From Thermofilum pendens Hrk 5 (GTDB taxonomy: Archaea; Thermoproteota; Thermoprotei; Thermofilales; Thermofilaceae), in assembly GCF_000015225.1 (NCBI RefSeq), contig NC_008698.1, positions 1,020,001-1,052,000 of the forward strand: a stretch of 32,000 bases of DNA. The letters are read 5' to 3'. A model generated the notes under the pieces. The model did no database searches. It was not told the DNA's origin and was given only the letters and a program-made list of their open reading frames with translations. Shown here in pieces: positions 16,660-22,475 of the stretch (the first letter of the stretch is position 1; every line of letters begins with the position of its first letter). Made by a program: the position numbers and the translations under genes.

Positions 16660-17540
16660 CTCAAGTGGGACATCGCGACACGCCTATATGTGTGTCTAAC
16701 ACCCCTCACCGCTACCGATAGTTCGAGTATGTTCTCAGGCACGGCGACGCCCATCCTGTACCCGGAGTCTCCTATGTGGTGTATGTCGCAACCGCATGCC
16801 TTCGAGGCCAACCCTATCTTCCTGATTACGGAGCTACTCGAGCCTTCCTGGGAAGTGCCGATCGCGCACATGAGGAGAGCGTCGTACTTGTAGACCAGCC
16901 GCGCCACGGCGCTTACTCTTTCCGGGAGAGACCCGGGGACGGTGTAAGGGGCAGGCACGACTACGCCGTCGGCGCCCGCCGCTAGCACGTCCTCTATCAG
17001 TTTCAGGTCGTAGATGTCCTCGCCGCGAATCCCCCCGCTGTGCATCTTACCCCCGAACACCAGTGCTCTCTCGCCGACTATGCGCTTCGAAGCTTCGACC
17101 CCCTCCCTGATCCTGGACCACGTTACGCCGAGACCGGGGTTACCAGTCACCACTATGAGTCTAGAACCCTGCTCGATGCTCTTTTCGATGCTTCGCGGCG
17201 ACAGCCTCCTCCCCTCGGGTATAACGCCCGGATCCACGGGTTCAAGGTTATTTCCAACGAATCTCTGCAGGAACTCGGAGAGATCCGAGATGCTCGCGTA
17301 CTCCTCCGGCACCCCCTCTACCCTGGGGTTAAAAACGTCGTACATGTTCAACAGGACCATGTCCGCCCCGAAGGACGCCGCTAGCTCTACGTTGGAGACT
17401 CCATCCACGAGTGGAGGAGACTGGACGACGACTTCCGCGCAGATAGTCCTACCCTCGGAGCTTACGACGGAAGACTTGAAGTCTTTAGCTGAAATCTTTG
17501 CAAGCTCCCTACCACTCAGATCTAATACTCTTTTCGCCAT
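16656..17540 (-). CDS. Uncharacterised protein leading the IIA-IIB-oxidoreductase operon; possibly a phosphate-binding (beta/alpha)-barrel enzyme
   Basis: 295 aa from ATG 17540. The longer ORF to 17681 would run through the divergent promoter and the IIC-IID start. Gly-rich FGGKMHSGGIRGE and IGTSQEG resemble phosphate-binding loops. No family recognised with confidence. Confidence 0.6.
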   Translation of the reverse strand: MAKRVLDLSGRELAKISAKDFKSSVVSSEGRTICAEVVVQSPPLVDGVSNVELAASFGADMVLLNMYDVFNPRVEGVPEEYASISDLSEFLQRFVGNNLEPVDPGVIPEGRRLSPRSIEKSIEQGSRLIVVTGNPGLGVTWSRIREGVEASKRIVGERALVFGGKMHSGGIRGEDIYDLKLIEDVLAAGADGVVVPAPYTVPGSLPERVSAVARLVYKYDALLMCAIGTSQEGSSSSVIRKIGLASKACGCDIHHIGDSGYRMGVAVPENILELSVAVRGVRHTYRRVAMSHLR

Positions 17541-17597
17541 TCCGGGTGAACCTGAAACTAAGCCCACCGAATTAAGTTTTCGTCGTAAAGCACAATC

Positions 17598-17628
17598 TTT
17601 ATAAATAGGTTGGTAAAAGCCTATTTGT
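17598..17628. promoter_or_regulatory. TATA box TTTATAAA plus overlapping inverted repeat ATAAATAGG-N10-CCTATTTGT abutting the IIC-IID start codon
   Basis: TATA at 17598-17605 is 24-31 nt upstream of ATG 17629. Inverted-repeat arms are at 17601-17609 and 17620-17628 (7/7 core, 8/9 extended). Confidence 0.45.
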
Positions 17629-19233
17629 ATGGCGACCATAGGCCCACTCGAGGTAGGGCTTCTAGGACTGCTAGCCTTCATCTTCGGACTGGACTACATC
17701 TGGGTAACACCTCTCGGAATCTGGCGCCCCGTGGTCGCGGGGACCCTCACAGGCATTATTCTAGGAGACCCCTTGACAGGGCTACTCGTAGGCTCGCTAC
17801 TAGAGTTCGTGTTCGCTGGGCTATTCACGATAGGAGGCGGGACCGTTCCGGAGGCTGCTAGCGGGACGATAGCCTCCGTGGTTGTCGCCGTTACTACGGG
17901 GTTAAAGCCTGAGGCGGCGGTACCGCTGGCTATACCCGTAGCAGTGCTTACAATGAACTTGGAGATAGTTGTCAGGTCTTTCGACGCGGTGTTCACGCAC
18001 TGGGCTGACAGGGAGATAGAGAGGGGGAACTACGGGGCAATCCCCCTGATAAACATTCTCGGCGCGGTACCATGGGGGCTCAGCAGGGCAATACCTATCT
18101 GGCTATTCGCGGGAGCCTTAGCCATAAACCCACAGGCCGTTAAAGCGGCGATAGATGCCCTCCAAGTGGTTCAAATCGGACCCTTCACGGTGCGCTTCTG
18201 GGACGCGATGGCAGTCGCGGGCGCCGTACTCCCAGCGCTCGGTGCCGCCATTCTAATGAAACTCATGATCTCGCGTAGGAACGTGATGTTCTTTGTACTC
18301 GGCTTCGCTCTCGCAGCCTACCTGAAGCTAAGCCTCCTGGCGATAGCCCTCGTAGCGGGATCCATAATCTTCGCTATCTACTACTTCACCCACCGCGAGG
18401 CATTGGAGGCTGGAGCCGCGGTAACCACAGCGGCACCACCCACCGGCAAGGCAACGACGAAGGACTTCATAAGGTGGTTCGGGGTCTCATGGTTCATACA
18501 GTCGTCCTGGAACTACGAGAGAATGATGGGGACAGGCTTCGCGCACGGTATGCTTGAAATAGAGAAGAAGCTTAGAAAGGACCCGGAGGAGCTGAAGTCC
18601 TGGATGAGGCTACACAACGAGTTCTACAACACCGAGCCCCACCTCCACAACGCCATTTACGGGATGGTGATATCCCTAGAGGAACAGGGGGCGGATCAGG
18701 ATACGATAAGAGGAGTCAAAACAGCGCTTATGGGTCCATTCGCAGGGCTCGGAGACTCGATAATGTGGTTCACGATCCTCCCGATAGCGTTCCTCTTAGG
18801 AGCCTCGCTGGGAGCCCAGGGCAACATACTCGGCCCGGTAATAGCGCTACTGATATGGATACCAGTCTCCTGGGCCGTTAAGTACTACACGCTCGTCTAC
18901 GGGTACAAGTACGGCTTATCCCTGGCGGAAATACTCAAGGGAGAAGTCCTGAAGATATTTAGGGAGGGTATAGCAGCCTTCGCGATGGCAATGGTCGGAG
19001 GAATCGCGGCGACATACGTCAGGGCGACAACCCCGATAGTACTGGCCCAGTACGCTGGTCACGCCATTAAGCTACAACCAGTACTGGACCAGTTGATGCC
19101 ATCCCTGCTCCCACTGCTCTTCACCCTCTACGCCTACTGGCTAATAAAGGTCAAAGGCTACAGCTACGGTAAAGCCGTCGTCATACTCTTCCTCACGGCA
19201 TTCATACTCGCACTGCTAGGAGTACTCGGTTAA
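17629..19233 (+). CDS. PTS mannose-family IIC-IID fusion permease
   Basis: 534 aa. The N-terminal half is a IIC-like polytopic domain. An Ala/Thr/Pro linker spans 18391-18468. The C-terminal half carries IID motifs (FIQSSWNYERMMGTGFAHGM, LHNEFYNTEPHL). Confidence 0.88.
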   Translation: MATIGPLEVGLLGLLAFIFGLDYIWVTPLGIWRPVVAGTLTGIILGDPLTGLLVGSLLEFVFAGLFTIGGGTVPEAASGTIASVVVAVTTGLKPEAAVPLAIPVAVLTMNLEIVVRSFDAVFTHWADREIERGNYGAIPLINILGAVPWGLSRAIPIWLFAGALAINPQAVKAAIDALQVVQIGPFTVRFWDAMAVAGAVLPALGAAILMKLMISRRNVMFFVLGFALAAYLKLSLLAIALVAGSIIFAIYYFTHREALEAGAAVTTAAPPTGKATTKDFIRWFGVSWFIQSSWNYERMMGTGFAHGMLEIEKKLRKDPEELKSWMRLHNEFYNTEPHLHNAIYGMVISLEEQGADQDTIRGVKTALMGPFAGLGDSIMWFTILPIAFLLGASLGAQGNILGPVIALLIWIPVSWAVKYYTLVYGYKYGLSLAEILKGEVLKIFREGIAAFAMAMVGGIAATYVRATTPIVLAQYAGHAIKLQPVLDQLMPSLLPLLFTLYAYWLIKVKGYSYGKAVVILFLTAFILALLGVLG

Positions 19234-19248
19234 AACAATTTTAATTCC

Positions 19249-19255
19249 TTTTTTT
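19249..19255 (+). terminator. Oligo-T terminator candidate after the IIC-IID gene
   Basis: T7 run 16 nt downstream of the stop at 19233. Confidence 0.45.
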
Positions 19256-19292
19256 GTAAACGTTATTTACGCTAAGGTTGCCACTGAAAGAC

Positions 19293-19979
19293 TCAGCTAT
19301 AGCTCATACGGTTAACTATCTCCTCGATTACTCTTACCACGCAGTCCCCGTACTTCTCTTCGCAAACTATGTCCGCTTTCTCCTTGACTTCTCGCGCGGC
19401 GTTCCCAACGGCCACCTTGACCTTCGACTTTTGGAAGAGCGGTAGGTCCGTGCGGCTATCTCCGATGCTTACTATCATGGCGTCGCTCCACCCAGTCAGC
19501 TTGAGAAGCCTCTCGAGACCCACACCCTTATCGATGCCCCTAGGCATGAACGCATACGTCCGCGAGCCGACCTTCGCGAGGTCGTACCCGAAGGCTCCCA
19601 GCTTCTCCCTAGCAACTCTCTCCGCTACCTGGAGTTCCTCCTCGTCGACGTAGTACAGCACTCTCCCCTCGTTTACAGCCGGTACGCTTTCCCTGAGTAC
19701 TGCCCGGAGCCTATCCCACCCCCACGGCTTGAATATAACCTCCAATGCTTCGGGCAACGCTACGACTGAGCCCACCTCCAGTATGAGCGCGTCTACGAGC
19801 CAGAGCTTACCCACGAACCTCGATATGTCCTCCAGGGGTCGCGCCGTCGCTATAACGAACTTGAAGGGGTACTTTGCTTTGAGCTCTTCGAGCTTCTCCA
19901 AGACGCGGGGCTCCACCTCTCTGTTCTCCTCGGCCAGCGTACCGTCGTAGTCGGACACCACGATCCACTCGCCGCTCAT
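19293..19979 (-). CDS. HAD-superfamily (IIB/Cof-like) phosphatase, probable sugar-phosphate phosphatase
   Basis: Motif I VSDYDGTL and motif IV GDSRTD. Size and cap region fit HAD-IIB. ATG 19979 is adjacent to GTG 19982. Confidence 0.8.
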   Translation of the reverse strand: MSGEWIVVSDYDGTLAEENREVEPRVLEKLEELKAKYPFKFVIATARPLEDISRFVGKLWLVDALILEVGSVVALPEALEVIFKPWGWDRLRAVLRESVPAVNEGRVLYYVDEEELQVAERVAREKLGAFGYDLAKVGSRTYAFMPRGIDKGVGLERLLKLTGWSDAMIVSIGDSRTDLPLFQKSKVKVAVGNAAREVKEKADIVCEEKYGDCVVRVIEEIVNRMSYS

Positions 19980-20002
19980 CACGTATGCTACGCGTGGAAC
20001 AG

Positions 20003-20010
20003 CTATATCT
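20003..20010 (-). promoter_or_regulatory. TATA-like box for the HAD phosphatase gene
   Basis: AGATATAG on the minus strand, about 27 nt upstream of ATG 19979. Confidence 0.35.
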
Positions 20011-20021
20011 GTAGCGCGCGT

Positions 20022-20774
20022 CTACGGCTGGGTGGAGCCTTGGGATGCTAGCTCTAGGATAACCATTGTCTGGATGTCCCGCGTTAACACGGATTTCCAG
20101 GCTTCGCTGAGCGATACCAGGGCCAGGACCCCTACGGGCTCGGCGTCCGCCTCGTCTATGAGGCTTAAGAGAGCCTTCAAGGTTCTACCGGTTCGCAACA
20201 GGTCGTCGACTATCAGAACCCTAGCCCCCCTCTCTAGCAGGCTCGAAGGCACGTACAGGGGGACTACGCTCGGCGGGTCGCGCTGGAACAGGTAGGCAGT
20301 TAGGTACTTCATCGAGGGGCTCTCCCTCTCCCTCCTCGCGACTGCAAGCCTGGCGTCGAGCGCCCACGCGGCGAAGGACGCTAGGGGTATCCCGTTCACG
20401 GCGGCTGTAAGCACCACGTCTACGCCCCTGAAGAACGTGGGGTAGGCGCTCGCAACAGCCGCCGAGAGGACTTCTACGTCGTACGCCAGCTGTGCAACGT
20501 TCACTACGCCGTTCTCGTCCATGGATATCTTCTTCGAGAGGATCTCGCGAAGCAACCCCCTCCTCTTAAGCGCGACGAGGATATGCACAGCCTTTAGGCT
20601 CGGGGGAAGGGAGTGCCCAGCCGCGTACCTGGATAGCTCTGACGGCGATACCTCTACCTTCTCCTCCCTCAAAGCCCTGTAGACCTCCTGTAAGGGTACG
20701 TACGACTTCAGGCTTCTCAGAACCCTCGATGCGAGTATCCTCGGAACCTCCGCCTCGCTCCTAGAGATGGGCAT
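20022..20774 (-). CDS. PurR-like protein: N-terminal winged-helix-like domain + type I phosphoribosyltransferase domain (putative PRPP/nucleotide-responsive regulator)
   Basis: PRTase motif ARVLIVDDLLRTGRTLKAL in the C-terminal half, with a ~90-aa N-terminal domain. ATG 20774 sits 20-29 nt downstream of TTATATATAA. The ORF-track extension to 20897 crosses both promoters. Confidence 0.65.
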   Translation of the reverse strand: MPISRSEAEVPRILASRVLRSLKSYVPLQEVYRALREEKVEVSPSELSRYAAGHSLPPSLKAVHILVALKRRGLLREILSKKISMDENGVVNVAQLAYDVEVLSAAVASAYPTFFRGVDVVLTAAVNGIPLASFAAWALDARLAVARRERESPSMKYLTAYLFQRDPPSVVPLYVPSSLLERGARVLIVDDLLRTGRTLKALLSLIDEADAEPVGVLALVSLSEAWKSVLTRDIQTMVILELASQGSTQP

Positions 20775-20793
20775 GTTTTCACTTATCACAAAG

Positions 20794-20803
20794 TTATATA
20801 TAA
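20794..20803 (-). promoter_or_regulatory. TATA box for the PurR-like gene
   Basis: TTATATATAA, 20-29 nt upstream of ATG 20774. Confidence 0.45.
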
Positions 20804-20829
20804 GCTTTTCTATTAAGCTCAGAGAAAAA

Positions 20830-20839
20830 TTTATAAAAA
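20830..20839 (+). promoter_or_regulatory. TATA box for the ECF transporter operon
   Basis: TTTATAAAAA, 20-29 nt upstream of GTG 20859. Confidence 0.45.
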
Positions 20840-20858
20840 GAGATGCGCAACCGTTCAC

Positions 20859-21647
20859 GTGACGGAGAAAGTAAAAAGGAAAGTAACCTGGATGCACATA
20901 GTGACGTTCGTGTTCGCTACAGCAGTCGCCTACGTGCTCGCAGTGGTCTCAAGCCTGATATTCCCCGTCCTCGGCGCTCCGGGAGTCTCCGCCCTCTACG
21001 TGGCAGCCGCGGTATACGTGCCTCTAGGCGTGTGGATGGGGGCTTGGGGCGCCCTTGCAGGCTACTTTAGCTGCTTCTTCCTGGGGCTATACCCCTCCGG
21101 CTACACAGTGGTGCAGTCGCTCGTATGGTCCTTCGCGGACTTCCTCGAAGCCATAGTGCCAGCCTTCCTTTTCCGGGCCCTGAGGGTAGACCCGGACTTC
21201 ACGGTGAAGAGGGGGTGGGCGGCTAAGCTCTTCCCAGTGCTGATCTCGCTTGGCTCCATCGTGCTGTTGCTGGGGATAGTCGTACAGGTGCTCTGGGGTA
21301 GCCTGGGCGAGCCGTTCACGAGCATCTACGTCTACTCGGTTTACACGGGCCTAGCCCTAGCAGTGCTGGGGCTCCTCGTGGGTCTCGCCGTCGGGAACGC
21401 TAAGACATGGGCTACGTACATAGTCGGGGTAGTCTTAACGTCGTTCATCTCCGGGCTATGGGGAGCCGGGACTCTTACTCTCTTCAACTTCCCACCACCC
21501 CTACCCGCGGCGGCCTTCTGGCCTGTGTTCGTAGGGTGGGTTGTAGGCGACCTCATAGTGCTCTCCGTCCTATCCACGGCGCTGCTAGTAGCGCTCACGC
21601 CGGTCTTCAAGCGTACTGGGCTCTACGTCGAGGGATGGTGGGCGTAA
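20859..21647 (+). CDS. Polytopic membrane protein, candidate substrate-capture (S) component of the downstream ECF transporter
   Basis: 262 aa with ~7 hydrophobic segments. A 3-nt spacer separates it from the ecfT-like gene. Start is ambiguous: GTG 20859 (leaderless) or ATG 20892. No S-component family recognised. Confidence 0.5.
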   Translation: MTEKVKRKVTWMHIVTFVFATAVAYVLAVVSSLIFPVLGAPGVSALYVAAAVYVPLGVWMGAWGALAGYFSCFFLGLYPSGYTVVQSLVWSFADFLEAIVPAFLFRALRVDPDFTVKRGWAAKLFPVLISLGSIVLLLGIVVQVLWGSLGEPFTSIYVYSVYTGLALAVLGLLVGLAVGNAKTWATYIVGVVLTSFISGLWGAGTLTLFNFPPPLPAAAFWPVFVGWVVGDLIVLSVLSTALLVALTPVFKRTGLYVEGWWA

Positions 21648-21650
21648 GGG

Positions 21651-22475
21651 ATGCCGACGATACTCGGAGAGTTGACGGGCTTCGAAGCGGAGAGCAAGCT
21701 GTACATGGGGCTAAGCCCCCTCGTTAAAATAGTGGTTCCTCTTTCTTTCTCCCTCGACGTGCTCCTAGTGAAGGACGTTCCATCGGCTGCGGCGCTGACC
21801 CTGGCTGTCTTTCTAGTTGTTCTGGCGGTAAAGGTTCCCTTGAGGGTCGTGAAGGGCTTCCTAGTCCTCATCGCAAGCCTAAGCGCTTTCATAGTTCTGA
21901 GCTTAACCCTCTTTACGAGCCTCCCGGGCAGGGTTCTCTTCGAGTACACGTTACTCTCAGTGAAGGCCGAGAAGGGGGTCCTCGCCTGGAGAATAGTAGT
22001 CACGGACGAGGCCCTTTCGAGGTCCTTCTTCTTCGTTCTCCGCATACTGGCGATGATACTCACGGCTACACTCTTCGTAGCTACGGTTAGCGACAGGGAC
22101 GTTGTACGAGCCTTGAGGGGGCTCCGCCTCCCGCTGGGCGTCGCGGTCGCGGCTTCCCTCTTCTTCAGGGGGATAAGCATGTTCCTGGACGACTTCAGGG
22201 TGATCAGGGAGGCTATGATGGCGCGCGGCGTGGACTTCGAGAAGACGAGCCTTTACAGGAGGTTTTTCCTCTACGTCAACGCGCTCATCCCGCTGATATC
22301 ACTCATGGTCAGCAGGAGCTACGAAGTCTCGCTGGCCCTCGAGTCGAAGGGATTATCGCCGCTGAGCGGCCCACGCGGCGGCTACGCGTTCGCGCTTACC
22401 CGGGCTGACCGCCTAGTCCTAGGGCTCGCCGCACTGCAGTTCGCATTACTGGCGGCGTGGTGGGTATGCGCGTAG
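21651..22475 (+). CDS. ecfT: ECF transporter transmembrane (T) component, CbiQ/EcfT family
   Basis: 274 aa. The region RALRGLRLPLGVAVAASLFFRGISMFLDDFRVIREAMMARGVD matches the EcfT coupling-helix region (Ala-Arg-Gly type motifs). Confidence 0.8.
   Translation: MPTILGELTGFEAESKLYMGLSPLVKIVVPLSFSLDVLLVKDVPSAAALTLAVFLVVLAVKVPLRVVKGFLVLIASLSAFIVLSLTLFTSLPGRVLFEYTLLSVKAEKGVLAWRIVVTDEALSRSFFFVLRILAMILTATLFVATVSDRDVVRALRGLRLPLGVAVAASLFFRGISMFLDDFRVIREAMMARGVDFEKTSLYRRFFLYVNALIPLISLMVSRSYEVSLALESKGLSPLSGPRGGYAFALTRADRLVLGLAALQFALLAAWWVCA

Noticed and set aside
17541-17681. N-terminal extensions offered by the ORF track: 16656-17681, 20022-20897, 24624-25529, 2494-4635 and 4521-6002.
   Set aside because: The extensions run through TATA boxes or divergent start codons, or overlap the upstream gene in another frame, and they have atypical composition. 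Internal ATG or GTG starts with GGTG motifs or at TATA-box distance give proteins of family-typical length.
20781-20862. TATCAC (20784-20789), resembling half of the Thermococcales TGM sugar-regulator motif, and the palindrome TCACGTGA (20855-20862) at the ECF operon start.
   Set aside because: Only a half-site is present for the former. The latter is a short palindrome overlapping a candidate start codon, with no second copy in the window. Neither rises above chance.
20892-20900. An M-H-I N-terminus (if ATG 20892 is the start) reminiscent of the metal-binding MHI… N-terminus of CbiM/NikM ECF components.
   Set aside because: The similarity stops after three residues. The CbiM N-terminal loop (MHIMEG/MHIPDG) is absent, and the sequence enters a TM helix immediately. 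Probably coincidence.
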